64,000 nucleotides of DNA from Oscillospiraceae bacterium (GCA_015064805.1 SVRN01000006.1:16216-80215); one strand, 5' to 3'; positions 1-10,635 are shown, numbered from the stretch's first letter. Numbers and translations are program-made. The notes: generated by a model from the sequence alone, not told the origin.

Positions 1-96
1 CGTTTCCTCGTCCGTTACGGGTTCGGATGCAAAAACCGACACGGAAAGAGACAACGTAAGCACCAAAATAAGTAAAACGCTCAATACCTTTTTCAT
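1..96 (-). CDS. N-terminal fragment (signal peptide) of a secreted protein; gene continues beyond window start
   Basis: Reverse complement of 1-96 reads ATG AAA AAG GTA TTG AGC... = MKKVLSVLLILVLTLSLSVSVFASEPVTDEET, a classic signal peptide. AGGAGAA RBS sits 8 nt upstream (97-115 rc). Not in the ORF track because it is truncated. Confidence 0.4.
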   Translation of the reverse strand, partial: MKKVLSVLLILVLTLSLSVSVFASEPVTDEET

Positions 97-325
97 AGAT
101 CAATTCTCCTGATTATTCACAAATTTTGCTATTTGAACATGGCTGTATTCCACGGCAGACATCGATCTCAAACGTCGTTTCAAAGAAGGGGAGTCGAACG
201 CTCCCCTTCTTTTGTTGATTATTTCTTGCGCAGCAATGCCGCAGAAAGAGCGGCAGCCAGCATCATAATGGCAGTCACGCCAAGGCTAAGTACGGATGCA
301 CAACCCATAGACATCATGCTTCACC

Positions 326-1369
326 TTATCCTTTCTTCTTATTCAGAACGGTCACGCCAAGAGAGAGCGCCATCACGATCATCGCAACGGCACCAACGCT
401 CATCATGCCCTTGCAGCCCTTGCCGTCGTCGGGCTGCTGATCGTCGTCAGGCTTCTCGCCATCGGGCTGCTGATCGTCAGGCTGCTCCTCGGAGGGAGGA
501 TTGGCCTCGTAGTGTGCGATAGCGGCCTCCGCTGCCTCCAGCTTTTTGAGCAGATCCGCAGGAACGTACTCTCGGCCCTCTTCGCTGAGCTTGTCGTACA
601 GACTTCTGCCGCTGGCGACCTTCAGCTTATAGTCCTGATAATTCTCTGCCGTGATCTCGGGCAGCTCGTTGATCTTTTCGATTACCTTATCGGCAGACTT
701 CTTAAGAGCCGCCTGCTTTTCGGCCTCGGCTGTAATCGCCTTGCGGTCAGTCAGACAAATGTTGTCGATCTTAACGGTGATGGTATGCTCGACGCTTTCG
801 CCAACCATGAAGAAGCGCATGAAATTGATATTGGTAATATCAAAGGGACCGGCGACGTCGGGGTGATGGCCGTCTTCCGATCTGGGAATAGCAGTATCCA
901 AAGGCAGGATGATATGGTTCCAGCCCACGGCCAGCTCGCCGCCCTCGTTGCAATCTCTGATTTCACCCAGCTTCCAGGACAGCTCCTGGTTGTCGCAATA
1001 ACCCGACGAAGTGATCTCAAAGCCCGAGTTCGTGCCGCCGACGGCAAACAGGTCAAACAGGGTCACGTCGGACACGTACAGATCGAACTCCAGCGTGTCG
1101 TAGCCCTCGCCGTCAATGGCCTCTTCAAGGATCATTTCGTTCACCTGACCGCTGCCAACATTAAAGGTCAGACAAGCGTCGCCCTCCTGCGCATTCTCGA
1201 CGTCTACCTCATACGCGCTTCTTCCTCCCGGCTTCGTATCGCAGTCGAGAAGCTGCAGATACGAAATACCCGTATCGGAATCGACCCACGATTCGCTTTC
1301 CGCAGACACGGAAAGGACCAACGTCAACGCCAGCACGGCGACCAGTAGCATTGCAATTACTTTTTTCAT
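326..1369 (-). CDS. secreted/cell-surface protein with C-terminal hydrophobic anchor and acidic PDDQQ repeats
   Basis: 347-aa ORF with N-terminal signal peptide MKKVIAMLLVAVLALTLVLSVSAESE, PDDQQPD repeats, a C-terminal TM segment and a KKKG tail. No recognisable catalytic motif. Confidence 0.6.
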   Translation of the reverse strand: MKKVIAMLLVAVLALTLVLSVSAESESWVDSDTGISYLQLLDCDTKPGGRSAYEVDVENAQEGDACLTFNVGSGQVNEMILEEAIDGEGYDTLEFDLYVSDVTLFDLFAVGGTNSGFEITSSGYCDNQELSWKLGEIRDCNEGGELAVGWNHIILPLDTAIPRSEDGHHPDVAGPFDITNINFMRFFMVGESVEHTITVKIDNICLTDRKAITAEAEKQAALKKSADKVIEKINELPEITAENYQDYKLKVASGRSLYDKLSEEGREYVPADLLKKLEAAEAAIAHYEANPPSEEQPDDQQPDGEKPDDDQQPDDGKGCKGMMSVGAVAMIVMALSLGVTVLNKKKG

Positions 1370-1533
1370 AAGGAAATCCTCCTTCCTTCGTTACACAGAT
1401 ACTGTGTATCATTAAAAACATTATATCACGCCTTTTTTCATTTGACAAGGGCGGCGTTCAAAAAAACGCCGCCTGAATGTCGATTTGGTGCAAATGACCG
1501 AATTTGCTCTTGATTTTTTGAGCAAATCACCCA

Positions 1534-2571
1534 TCAATTGTGCGAACGATTTGCCGTGATCTCGTCCCAGGTCTTGAACGCCTGGTAGGCGTTCTCGGGG
1601 CGGCAGCCCGGACCGAACTCCAGCTGTGCGATACAGCCGCCGTCCTGCCACAGGGTATCGTGTACCTTTTTGACCGCCGCGTCGATGTCCTGCACGGTGC
1701 CGTTTGGCAACAGGTGCTGGCGGTCGATCTCACCCCAGAAGGTGATCTTGCCGCGGAACTGCGCGAGATTGTCGATGCCCATGCAGAACAGCTGGGAGTT
1801 GATCGCGTCCAACCCCAGCTCGATCAGATGGGGATAGATCTCCAAAATATGTCCGTCCGAGTGCATGAAGATCTTTTTGCCGTGGCTGTGCGCGATGTCG
1901 ATGTAATCGCGGTACATGGGCTTGAAATATTCCACCCACAGTTTGGGCGAGATGAGAAGTCCGCGCTGCGATCCCCAGTCGTCCATAAAGGACAGCGCGT
2001 CCACGTCCGTTTTTGCCCAGGCCGTCAGCTGTCGGCAGTAAAAATCGTGCAGACGCTTCATAAATTCGATCATTTTGGGAGGCGGGTCCATCAGATCCAT
2101 ATACAGATTGGTCGTGCCGCGGATGAACTGCAGCTGCTCAAAGGGACGAGGCGTGCAGCCGCACTGGGTAAACATATCCGTTCCCGCGCAAGCGCGATTG
2201 ACAAAGTCGCGGTCAAAGGTCAGCATTTCCTCGGGGATATGCACGTGGTCCGCGCCGTCCCAGTCGGGATCGTCCTCGCCAATCTGGGGATGTTTGACCT
2301 CGCCGATGATACCGCCGTGAATATTTTCAAACACGCAACCGAACTCGTCGGTGTACTGTCCGATCGCGAAGGGGTCGCCCTTGGCGATGGTCGGCTCGGC
2401 CAACGGTGCACCGATGCCCGTCACGTCGGGCGGGAAGTCGCGAAACAGCTGATCGACCTCCCGGGGATAATGTTGATTTGCCCAGGGCAGCGTCCAGATC
2501 TGACGAGGCGCGCGCCCCGAGGTGTTGCGGAACTCAAGCGTGGCCAAAACCAGCTCTCTTGACGTCATCAT
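1534..2571 (-). CDS. uroporphyrinogen decarboxylase (URO-D) family protein (methyltransferase/decarboxylase-like)
   Basis: 345-aa ORF. Overall resemblance to URO-D/MtaA-like TIM-barrel family proteins. No internal stops. High GC3. Confidence 0.65.
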   Translation of the reverse strand: MMTSRELVLATLEFRNTSGRAPRQIWTLPWANQHYPREVDQLFRDFPPDVTGIGAPLAEPTIAKGDPFAIGQYTDEFGCVFENIHGGIIGEVKHPQIGEDDPDWDGADHVHIPEEMLTFDRDFVNRACAGTDMFTQCGCTPRPFEQLQFIRGTTNLYMDLMDPPPKMIEFMKRLHDFYCRQLTAWAKTDVDALSFMDDWGSQRGLLISPKLWVEYFKPMYRDYIDIAHSHGKKIFMHSDGHILEIYPHLIELGLDAINSQLFCMGIDNLAQFRGKITFWGEIDRQHLLPNGTVQDIDAAVKKVHDTLWQDGGCIAQLEFGPGCRPENAYQAFKTWDEITANRSHN

Positions 2572-2688
2572 AATTACACCTCCGAATGTGTGGGTTCACC
2601 TTGATTATAGGACTTTTTTTCCTCTATGTCAATAAAAAAACGATCAAAAAACGCACCCCGCGAGCGCGGGGTGCGAAAGTTTCTGCGA

Positions 2689-4170
2689 TTACTTATCCAC
2701 CGTCTTCATCGTGGGGAACAGAAGAACGTCGCGGATGGCGGGCGAGTCGGTCAGCAGCATGCACAAACGGTCGATGCCGTAGCCGATACCGCCTGTGGGG
2801 GGCATACCGATCTCCAGCGCGTTGAGGAAGTCCTCGTCGGTGTGGTTGGCCTCCTCGTCACCTGCGGCAAACTGCTTTTCCTGCTCGGCAAAGCGCTCGC
2901 GCTGGTCGATGGGGTCGTTAAGCTCGGAGTAAGCGTTGCACATCTCCCAGCCGTTCATGAACATCTCAAAGCGCTCGACGTACTCGGGATCGTCGGGCTT
3001 CTTCTTGGTCAGCGGCGAGATCTCAACGGGATGATCCATAACGAAGGTGGGCTGAACCAGATGATGCTCAACAAATTCCTCGAAGAACAGATTGAGAATG
3101 TCACCCTTGGAGTGGCGATCCTCGTAGTGAACGCCCTTTTCGTCCGCGATCTTGCGCGCCTCCTCCAGCGTCTTGATCTCCTTGAAATCAACGCCCGAAT
3201 ACTGCTTGACGGCATCCAGCATGGTGATGCGGGCAAAGGGCTTGCCCAGATCCATCTCCACGCCGCCATAGACGATGGTGGTCGTACCCAAAACCTCTTG
3301 TGCTACGTATCGGAACATCTCCTCGGTCAGATCCATCATGCCGTGGTAGTCGGTATAGGCCTGATACAGCTCCATCAGGGTGAACTCGGGGTTGTGACGG
3401 GTGTCCAGACCCTCGTTACGGAAGACACGGCCGATCTCGAACACTCTCTCAAGACCGCCAACGATCAGTCTCTTCAGGTACAGCTCAAGCGAAATTCTCA
3501 GCTTGAAATCCTCGTCCAGCGCGTTGAAGTGGGTCTCGAAGGGACGGGCAGCCGCACCGCCTGCGTTGGAAACGAGCATGGGCGTTTCGACCTCGATAAA
3601 GCCCTTGGCGTCGAGGAAGCGGCGGATGGAGGAAATGATCTTGGATCTCTTGATGAAGGTATCCTTGCTTTCGGGATTGGTGATCAGGTCAACGTAGCGC
3701 TGACGGTAGCGCTGATCCACGTTGGTCAGGCCGTGGAACTTCTCGGGCAGGGGCTGAAGGCTCTTGGACAGCAGCGTCAGCTCGGTGACGTGCAGAGAGA
3801 TCTCCTCCGTCTTGGTCTTGAATACCGTACCCTTGATACCGATGATATCGCCGATGTCCAGCTTCTTGAAGCCTGCATAGGGCTCCTCGCCGATGCTGTC
3901 GCGGGCGACGTACAGCTGCATGGTGCCCGACAGATCCTGCACGTGGCAGAAGGATGCCTTGCCCATGACTCTCTTGGTCATCAGTCTGCCTGCAACGGAA
4001 ACCGTCTGACCCTCAAGCGTTTCAAAATTAGCCTTGACGTCGGACGCGTGATGGGTGACGTCGTACTTGGTGATCTGATAAGGGTCGCAGCCCGCTTCTT
4101 GCAGTGCGGTCAGCTTCTGGCGGCGAATGAGCGCCTGCTCGGACAGCGACGTGTTTTGCATATCTGCCAT
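2689..4170 (-). CDS. lysS: lysine--tRNA ligase (class II)
   Basis: Protein [32 protein letters not shown]... shows N-terminal OB-fold anticodon-binding domain plus class-II motifs. Start ATG at 4170 with AAAGGAG RBS. The ORF-track start at 4203 is an upstream in-frame extension. Confidence 0.95.
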   Translation of the reverse strand: MADMQNTSLSEQALIRRQKLTALQEAGCDPYQITKYDVTHHASDVKANFETLEGQTVSVAGRLMTKRVMGKASFCHVQDLSGTMQLYVARDSIGEEPYAGFKKLDIGDIIGIKGTVFKTKTEEISLHVTELTLLSKSLQPLPEKFHGLTNVDQRYRQRYVDLITNPESKDTFIKRSKIISSIRRFLDAKGFIEVETPMLVSNAGGAAARPFETHFNALDEDFKLRISLELYLKRLIVGGLERVFEIGRVFRNEGLDTRHNPEFTLMELYQAYTDYHGMMDLTEEMFRYVAQEVLGTTTIVYGGVEMDLGKPFARITMLDAVKQYSGVDFKEIKTLEEARKIADEKGVHYEDRHSKGDILNLFFEEFVEHHLVQPTFVMDHPVEISPLTKKKPDDPEYVERFEMFMNGWEMCNAYSELNDPIDQRERFAEQEKQFAAGDEEANHTDEDFLNALEIGMPPTGGIGYGIDRLCMLLTDSPAIRDVLLFPTMKTVDK

Positions 4171-4220
4171 AGTTCTATCTCCTTTTGCGTGAAAAATACG
4201 CACTTTTCTTCTAAAAAAGT

Positions 4221-4249
4221 ATTATAGCATAAGGCAATCAAATTGTCAA
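4221..4249 (-). promoter_or_regulatory. sigmaA-type promoter for lysS
   Basis: Minus strand TTGACA(4249-4244), 17-nt spacer, TATAAT(4226-4221). Confidence 0.5.
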
Positions 4250-4324
4250 GCACTGTTTGCGCGCATTATCGTTTTTCGCCCAAAAGCAGCGGCGTTTTCC
4301 TGCTGATTTTTTCCATTTTTGCAC

Positions 4325-4353
4325 TTGTTTTGTTTCAGCATTTATGATATACT
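4325..4353 (+). promoter_or_regulatory. sigmaA-type promoter (extended -10) for mgsA
   Basis: TTGTTT(4325-4330), 17-nt spacer, TG-n-TATACT(4348-4353). Confidence 0.4.
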
Positions 4354-4430
4354 AAAATAGAAGAGCGCGCAAGCAAGTGCCGCGCGTTGAAAACACACGA
4401 ATTTATCATCCCAAGGAGGTTACATATATC

Positions 4431-4820
4431 ATGAAAATCGCATTGATTGCACACAACAAAAAGAAAGACGAAATTATCGAATTATCCAAGAGATACCAAG
4501 ACGTTCTGGCCGAACACGAGCTGTACGCCACCGGCACGACCGGCACGCTTATCATGGGAGAGACCGGCCTGCCCATCCACCGCATGAAGAGCGGCCCTCT
4601 GGGCGGCGACCAGCAGATCGGCGCTATGCTTGCCGGCGGCGAGCTGGGTCTGATCATTTTCCTGCGTGACCCGCTGACCGCACAGCCTCACGAGCCCGAC
4701 GTCTCTGCCCTGCTCCGTTTGTGTGACGTTCAGAAGATTCCGCTGGCAACCAACGCCAGCAGCGCCACCATCATGCTCGAGGCGCTCAAAAACGGCACCT
4801 TCTTTTCTCACTCTTGCTGA
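4431..4820 (+). CDS. mgsA: methylglyoxal synthase
   Basis: [20 protein letters not shown]...GTTGTLI...[11 protein letters not shown]... is typical MgsA. GGAGG RBS at 4414-4418. The ORF-track start at 4377 is an upstream extension. Confidence 0.9.
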   Translation: MKIALIAHNKKKDEIIELSKRYQDVLAEHELYATGTTGTLIMGETGLPIHRMKSGPLGGDQQIGAMLAGGELGLIIFLRDPLTAQPHEPDVSALLRLCDVQKIPLATNASSATIMLEALKNGTFFSHSC

Positions 4821-4825
4821 CGCTC

Positions 4826-4860
4826 CTGCGCCCCGCCAAAACGGTGGGGCGTCTTTTTTG
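4826..4860 (+). terminator. rho-independent terminator after mgsA
   Basis: CGCCCCGCC aaaac GGTGGGGCG followed by TCTTTTTTG. Confidence 0.6.
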
Positions 4861-4930
4861 AAATAAAAGAGCACCGCATCTGACCTGCACTTTTAACTGT
4901 GCGCGCCGTCTGCGGTGCTCTTTTTATTTC
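4861..4930. terminator. long bidirectional hairpin terminator (also serves the lipoprotein gene on minus strand)
   Basis: AAATAAAAGAGCACCGCA ... TGCGGTGCTCTTTTTATTT. An 18-bp stem is flanked by an A-run and a T-run. Confidence 0.5.
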
Positions 4931-6722
4931 AATCTTCCGTGTTAGTGTTATCGTACCCGTACAGGTAGGAGCGGCAGGTGACGTGCTCCTCGGTGCTCTC
5001 GGTGATGGTCATCCAGACGCAATCGACGCCGACGTTCAAATATCCCTTGACGATATCGGTTTCAAATGCATAGCCACGGTCCGTCTTTGTGGCGGTCGCG
5101 GCGATCTCACCGCGGAACAACAGCTCGTCGTCGGCAAGGTCGCCGGTAACGTGGTATTTATACTTTACGTACTCGACCGAGAAGGTAATACTATCGCCCT
5201 CGACCTTCGATATCTTCAAGCCATCGTGATTGGGGTTGATTCCATAGACCTTGCCCTCGTACTCATCCGTGACCGTCACCTCTCCGATCAGCGGCCGGAA
5301 CGTCAGACCGCCAAAGGTTCGGGTGTAGTCCTCTTCGTTAAAGTCCTTGGGGCAGATCTCAAAGCGGTCGTAATATTCGTACCACGCCTCTTTTTCCATG
5401 GGAATGCGCTCGCCGTTCTCCACGATAAAACACTTGTCGGGCTTAAGCGAGATGTCGTAGCTGCAGCCGATCTCAAATTCTTTTTCAAGCGCGCCGTCGC
5501 GCAGGCGCCACAGCACGCGGTTGCGATCGCGGCCGGTCATACCGCCGCCGTCGATGGAGACTTGCTGGTGAATCTTGCCATTTTCGTCAAGATATCCGGT
5601 CGGGCGGCCAAGATACACGGCGCGGCCGTCCTTCATGGTAAACAGGGCAATCAGCTCGTATTCCTCGGTGAGCAGGAAGAGCTCCTCCTGCCCGTCGCCG
5701 TCCAGATCCTTATGGTCGTAGCCGAAGGCGTATTCTCCGTTCGCCATGTATTTTCCGCCGTACCAATATTTGGTCGGGTACTTGCCTTCGATGGACAGGT
5801 ACAGCTCCACGTAGGTCTTGTATTCGTAGCGGTCGTCAAAGCGGAAGCAGGCGTCGATCTCGTCCTTCATCCATTTTTTATCCGTATTGGTCGTAATCAC
5901 GTCAAGGATCTGGCGATAGGTCGCAAGGATCCCCTCATAGTCCGCAACATTCACGCTATACGCGTCCTCGAGCGTCTTTCGCTCCTCACCGATGGCAGAC
6001 AGGACGTACAACCCCGTCGCCTTGGTCCAATTCTGCGCGTACATATAGGCCGCCTGGGTGCCGTATTGATAGGGCAGATATTCCAAGGCGTCCATCATAT
6101 CGATCTCGCTATATACGCCGTCTTCGATCTTGTAAAAGGTATCCGGCTTGTTATCTTCGTCCTCGGGCGTGCTGTCCTTACCGCCAAACTCGATGCCGCC
6201 AAGGCTTCCGTCCGGTTGAATGGCCATTACCTGCTCGAACCAACCAACGCTCTTGCCGGCAGAATTAAACAAATAACCGCCCTTGTAAAGGTATCCGTCG
6301 CTGTCGATCAGACCTCTCCAACGCTTGCCGTCCTCCACCCAGTCCATGAGCAGCTCGGCTTTGCCTTCCACGATGGTAAACAGCGCGTAAGGACGGTATT
6401 CGCGGCTGATCAGCACCAGCTCCTCCATCGCGTCTCCGCCAACGTCGCCAATAGCGTAGCCGAGAAGAGCGGGATCCTCTTCGATTAAGACGATCTCGTA
6501 GATCGCCTCCGTCACTTCGTCGGCATCCTCGGGAACGGTCAGCTCCTCTCCGGCATGCGCACGCTTGGCCAGATCCTCGTACAGCGCGATGATCGGACGG
6601 TATACTTCATCTTCGCTGGGATCGGAGGGCTGTGCGGGGCCGTCGGGACGGCAGGCGGCCAGCGCCGTCAGAAGCATCACGGCCGTCAATATAAAAGACA
6701 AAAGCTTACCTTTCTTCGTCAT
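4929..6722 (-). CDS. lipoprotein of unknown function
   Basis: 597 aa with lipobox LLTALAAC after MTKKGKLLSFILTAVM. GGGAGA RBS. No catalytic motif recognised. Confidence 0.7.
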   Translation of the reverse strand: MTKKGKLLSFILTAVMLLTALAACRPDGPAQPSDPSEDEVYRPIIALYEDLAKRAHAGEELTVPEDADEVTEAIYEIVLIEEDPALLGYAIGDVGGDAMEELVLISREYRPYALFTIVEGKAELLMDWVEDGKRWRGLIDSDGYLYKGGYLFNSAGKSVGWFEQVMAIQPDGSLGGIEFGGKDSTPEDEDNKPDTFYKIEDGVYSEIDMMDALEYLPYQYGTQAAYMYAQNWTKATGLYVLSAIGEERKTLEDAYSVNVADYEGILATYRQILDVITTNTDKKWMKDEIDACFRFDDRYEYKTYVELYLSIEGKYPTKYWYGGKYMANGEYAFGYDHKDLDGDGQEELFLLTEEYELIALFTMKDGRAVYLGRPTGYLDENGKIHQQVSIDGGGMTGRDRNRVLWRLRDGALEKEFEIGCSYDISLKPDKCFIVENGERIPMEKEAWYEYYDRFEICPKDFNEEDYTRTFGGLTFRPLIGEVTVTDEYEGKVYGINPNHDGLKISKVEGDSITFSVEYVKYKYHVTGDLADDELLFRGEIAATATKTDRGYAFETDIVKGYLNVGVDCVWMTITESTEEHVTCRSYLYGYDNTNTED

Positions 6723-6891
6723 AAAAATCTCCCTTCGTTGATCACGGGTGACCTTGTCGCCCGAGGCATATGGTGTACGCTCTCATTTCCATTACGAACG
6801 ACACCGCCCAAAAGCAACGGCGCTTTTCAGACTTTTTTCAACATGGAATTTATTATATCATACGTAAAGCCAAAAATCAAGAAAATCATAC

Positions 6892-6920
6892 TTGAAACCG
6901 CCGGCAATCAATGATATAAT
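6892..6920 (+). promoter_or_regulatory. sigmaA-type promoter for sbcD-like operon
   Basis: TTGAAA(6892-6897), 17-nt spacer, TATAAT(6915-6920). Confidence 0.5.
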
Positions 6921-6975
6921 AGATACGTATCGTTATAACCCAAATACAATCGCATTGGACCCACAGGAGATTACC

Positions 6976-8106
6976 ATGTTAAAGATTTTTTTGACCGGAG
7001 ACAATCACATCGGTCTCAGATACGCAAGCCACGAGCAGGCTTCCGTGCTCGCCGGCAAGCGATCGGAGGCCTTTTCCGACATGGTCGACGCCGCCAATCG
7101 GGAGGGCTGCGCTCTTTTCGTGATTGCGGGAGACCTGTTTGAGAATACGTACAGCACGTCAAAGCGAGATATCAAATCGTTGCTCACCGTCCTATCCTGC
7201 TTCAGAGGAACGGTCGTCGTTCTTCCCGGAAATCACGACTACTATGACACGCAAGCCAAGGTCTGGCAATATTTCACCGACCTTATGGCAGGCTATGACA
7301 ACATCATGCTTTTGACCGACTACCGCCCATACGAGCTTACCGCCAACGGCGAGGAGGTCGTGCTGTATCCCGCGCTTTGCACCTCCCTTCACTCGCTCCC
7401 GGGACAGAACAATCTCGGGTGGATCAAAAACGAGAGCATCACACCCGATGGCAGATATCATATCGGTCTGGCACACGGTGCGATCGAGGGCGAGACCATC
7501 GACAACGAGGGACAGTATTTTCTGATGACGCGTGCAGAGCTTGAGAGCATTCCCGTGGACGCCTGGCTGATTGGTCACACCCACGTGCCCTTTCCGAAGC
7601 ATCTGCCGGACGAGCTTGCGCCCTGCCGCGAACGAATATTCAACGCCGGCACTCACGTACAAACCGACGTGTCCTGCAACACCGAGGGACAATGCTTCGT
7701 CATTGAAATCGGCGACGACAAAGCAGTCCGCGCCAAGCGAATCCTCTCGGGCAATCTGCGCTTTTTCAGAAAAAGCCTCGCGCTCACCGCAGGGCAGATG
7801 GAGGACATTCTGCGCCGTGCGCTTGCAGACATCCCTGATGACAGCGTCGTTGATCTGATCCTGTCGGGCTCGGTCTTCGACCACGAGTACAAAGATCGGG
7901 ACAGCCTGATGGGCCGCGAGCTTTCCCGTTTCATTGAGGGCAAGTACAATGACTACGCGCTCAGCACGCTCATTTCCGAGGATCTGATCGTGTCGGAATT
8001 TCCCGAGACGTCGTTTTCGGCAAGGCTGCTCCTTTCGCTCATGGACGAGCCCAAGGAGGCACAGCTTACGTACGAGCTTTTGAAATCGTTGAAGGGGAGC
8101 AGATGA
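6976..8106 (+). CDS. DNA repair exonuclease, SbcD/Mre11-family metallophosphoesterase (YhaO-like)
   Basis: MLKIFLTGDNHIG...AGDLFE...LPGNHDYYD are calcineurin-like phosphoesterase motifs (GDxH, GDxx, GNH[D/E]). ATG at 6976 with GGAGA RBS. The ORF-track start at 6892 lies inside the promoter. Confidence 0.85.
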   Translation: MLKIFLTGDNHIGLRYASHEQASVLAGKRSEAFSDMVDAANREGCALFVIAGDLFENTYSTSKRDIKSLLTVLSCFRGTVVVLPGNHDYYDTQAKVWQYFTDLMAGYDNIMLLTDYRPYELTANGEEVVLYPALCTSLHSLPGQNNLGWIKNESITPDGRYHIGLAHGAIEGETIDNEGQYFLMTRAELESIPVDAWLIGHTHVPFPKHLPDELAPCRERIFNAGTHVQTDVSCNTEGQCFVIEIGDDKAVRAKRILSGNLRFFRKSLALTAGQMEDILRRALADIPDDSVVDLILSGSVFDHEYKDRDSLMGRELSRFIEGKYNDYALSTLISEDLIVSEFPETSFSARLLLSLMDEPKEAQLTYELLKSLKGSR

Positions 8107-10484
8107 CCATGAAAATTCGAACCATATCGTGTACGCAATTTGCCGGCGTGCGTGACCGCAGCGTGACGCTCGCCGACGGCATCAACGTCATATACGGAAA
8201 AAACGAAAGCGGCAAAAGCACGCTCGTCAATCTTTTGTCCCGCACGCTGTTTCAAAACGTGCGCATCGACAAAAGAAGCGACAAGGAATTCATCGACCTG
8301 TATTTTCCGGGTGCACGCAAAAACGGCGCCAGGGCAGGCGATTTTATCGACGGCAAGATAACCTTTGAAACAGACGCAGGCACCTACACGCTGACCAAGG
8401 AATGGGGTGCGGAATCCCGCTGTACGCTGATGACGCCCGACGGCGTGATCCGCGATCAGGCGACCATTGACGCCATTCTCAAGGACGCTTTGCTCTACGG
8501 CGAGGGCGTATATGCGGATATGCTGCTCTCCTCGCAACGGAACACCGATCTTTCGCTTCAGACCATTCTCGACGCCTCGAAAAGAACCGACGCCAAGCAG
8601 GAGCTTGCCGGTGCGGTCACCCGGGCGTTTGCGGAAAGCGACGGAATCTCCGTTGAGGCGATCGGAGAGGCCATTAACCAAAAAATCGAGGAGATTGCCG
8701 GCAAGCATTGGGACGTGGCGCGTGGACTCCCCGCTCGCAAATCGGGACGCTGGATCACCGGACTTGGCGAAATCCTCAAGGCCTATTACGAACTGGAGGA
8801 TGCACGGATCGTGTTGCAGGAAATCGCGTCGCTCGAATCGGAAGCAGACCGCGCCGCAAGCGATTACGCCGAAAAAGAGGCCGCCCTGGCAAGATCCGAG
8901 GAGGAATACACCCGCTTCAGCACCTTTACCGGTGTGCTGACCTTACAAAGCGAGCGAAGAAAAACGATCGCAAGGCTGGAATCGGAGCTTCGAAGAATCG
9001 AAGACCTGCTCATCTCCTGGCCGACACTCGAGTCCGAGCTGGATGCGGCAAGAGCACTACAGGCCGAGCGCGCCGACCGTGCCCTGCTTGACAAATATGA
9101 CACCGCCAAAAAGATCCACGACGAGCTTTTGGCGATCGACACGTCGATCCTTGATCTTCCCTGCCCGACCGACGCGGAGATCCTGCAGCTCAAGGGTGCG
9201 CAAAGAAGCATTACCCTGCTTGAAAACAAGCTCTGCGGGATGAACGTCAACGCGACAATCGCCATGCTTGGCGGCAACGCGGTGGAGATCACCCTGCTGC
9301 GCACGGGAGAGCGCGTGGAGCTGAATGAGGACGTGGCACAGATCACGGAGGCGGTCAGAATCGTCGTCCCCGGCGTGATGGAGATGCAGCTCTCGCCCGC
9401 AAACGTTGACGTAGCCTCCGTCGAAGCGCAGATCGCAGATCAAAAGCAGTTAACTGACGTAGTTCTCCAAAGATATAACGTCGCGTCCATTTCCGAGCTT
9501 GAGGCACTCGCAGGACGCATTGTAAACGCCCGTATGGTCTCCGAAAACGCGAAAAAGCGTCTCGATCTCGTCCTTGACGGCCTCTCTTTTGAAGAGCTGG
9601 AGACGCGCGCCACGCGGATTGCAAGCGGCGTTCGCTCCAAGGATGAGATCGACAGAGACATCCTGATTCTGTGCAAGACGAGCGACGTAGCTCGGTTTAT
9701 CACCGCCAAGGAGACGATTGCCGCAAGCTATGCCGCAGAATATATCGGAATCCCCGAGCTGAAGGCCAAGGCCTACGACCTTGGGCTGGAATTGCGCAAG
9801 GCAAAGGACTCCTTTTCAACAATGGCGGACGTTCCCGCGGAATATCTGTCCATCAGCGATCCCGAGTCTCATCTTGAAGCCCTGCAACGGAGCTACAGAG
9901 CCAAGCAAGGACTACGCGACGAGGCGTTCAGGCTGAAGTCCTCTGCCACGAGCAAGCTGGAGAGCTATCAGGAAACGCTCAAGGGAGATCCTACGGCCGA
10001 GGTTGAAAAGGCGGAGAGAGCATTTGCCGAGCAACAGGCATTGCTTGACCATTGGCTGCACATTTCCGAGGTGTTCCACGAGCTGAAGGATGAAATCCAC
10101 GACAATCCGTTGCAGGATGTTGCCGACCGATTCGCCCGCAATCTTGAGATCCTCTCCGACGGCAGAATATCAACGGAATTCCCGGAAGCCGACCGACTGG
10201 ATATCCGTATTTACAGCGGAAATAACCTTCTGGACTTCGGGAAGCTGTCCGAGGGAACCAAGGACGTGGTGTCGCTTGCCTTCCGTCTTGCGGTGCTTGA
10301 TCACCTGTTCCCCGACGGCGGCGGAATCATCGTCTTTGATGACCCCTTTACCGACATGGATGCCGCACGCACGGCACTGTCCTGGGAGCTGATCCGAGAT
10401 TGTGCTACGCGCCATCAGGTCATTTTCCTGACCTGTAAGGAGGACTATCTCGCTCTGCACGATGGGGCTTGCATACGCCTGTAA
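8103..10484 (+). CDS. SbcC/YhaN-like AAA/ABC-type ATPase (793 aa)
   Basis: N-terminal Walker A IYGKNESGKST, a long coiled-coil middle, and C-terminal Walker B/D-loop IIVFDDPFTDMD. Start overlaps the sbcD-like stop (ATGA) = translational coupling. Confidence 0.85.
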   Translation: MTMKIRTISCTQFAGVRDRSVTLADGINVIYGKNESGKSTLVNLLSRTLFQNVRIDKRSDKEFIDLYFPGARKNGARAGDFIDGKITFETDAGTYTLTKEWGAESRCTLMTPDGVIRDQATIDAILKDALLYGEGVYADMLLSSQRNTDLSLQTILDASKRTDAKQELAGAVTRAFAESDGISVEAIGEAINQKIEEIAGKHWDVARGLPARKSGRWITGLGEILKAYYELEDARIVLQEIASLESEADRAASDYAEKEAALARSEEEYTRFSTFTGVLTLQSERRKTIARLESELRRIEDLLISWPTLESELDAARALQAERADRALLDKYDTAKKIHDELLAIDTSILDLPCPTDAEILQLKGAQRSITLLENKLCGMNVNATIAMLGGNAVEITLLRTGERVELNEDVAQITEAVRIVVPGVMEMQLSPANVDVASVEAQIADQKQLTDVVLQRYNVASISELEALAGRIVNARMVSENAKKRLDLVLDGLSFEELETRATRIASGVRSKDEIDRDILILCKTSDVARFITAKETIAASYAAEYIGIPELKAKAYDLGLELRKAKDSFSTMADVPAEYLSISDPESHLEALQRSYRAKQGLRDEAFRLKSSATSKLESYQETLKGDPTAEVEKAERAFAEQQALLDHWLHISEVFHELKDEIHDNPLQDVADRFARNLEILSDGRISTEFPEADRLDIRIYSGNNLLDFGKLSEGTKDVVSLAFRLAVLDHLFPDGGGIIVFDDPFTDMDAARTALSWELIRDCATRHQVIFLTCKEDYLALHDGACIRL

Positions 10485-10512
10485 ATTAACGCATCTTTTC
10501 AAGTTCTGCAAA

Positions 10513-10545
10513 GAGCATCGCATACGCGATGCTCTTTTGCCTCTG
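10513..10545 (+). terminator. rho-independent terminator after sbcC-like gene
   Basis: AGAGCATCGC atac GCGATGCTCT followed by TTTG. Confidence 0.55.
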
Positions 10546-10606
10546 ATAAAAAAACGGCTTAAAAATGCCCGCGTTGACGGGGCCATTTCCGGCACTTCAT
10601 TTTTAT

Positions 10607-10635
10607 TTGTTTTTTTTGAAAACGTGTGCTATACT
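10607..10635 (+). promoter_or_regulatory. candidate promoter (extended -10) for the 10687-12450 operon
   Basis: TTGTTT(10607-10612), 17-nt spacer, TGc-TATACT(10627-10635). Confidence 0.35.

Noticed and set aside
133-522. 129-aa plus-strand ORF near window start
   Set aside because: It overlaps the C-terminal part of the minus-strand surface-protein gene. It has a Ser/Arg/Pro/Gln-rich low-complexity translation and no RBS.
4899-6488. 529-aa plus-strand ORF
   Set aside because: It is antisense to the 597-aa lipoprotein gene, which has a signal peptide, lipobox and RBS. It has no start context.
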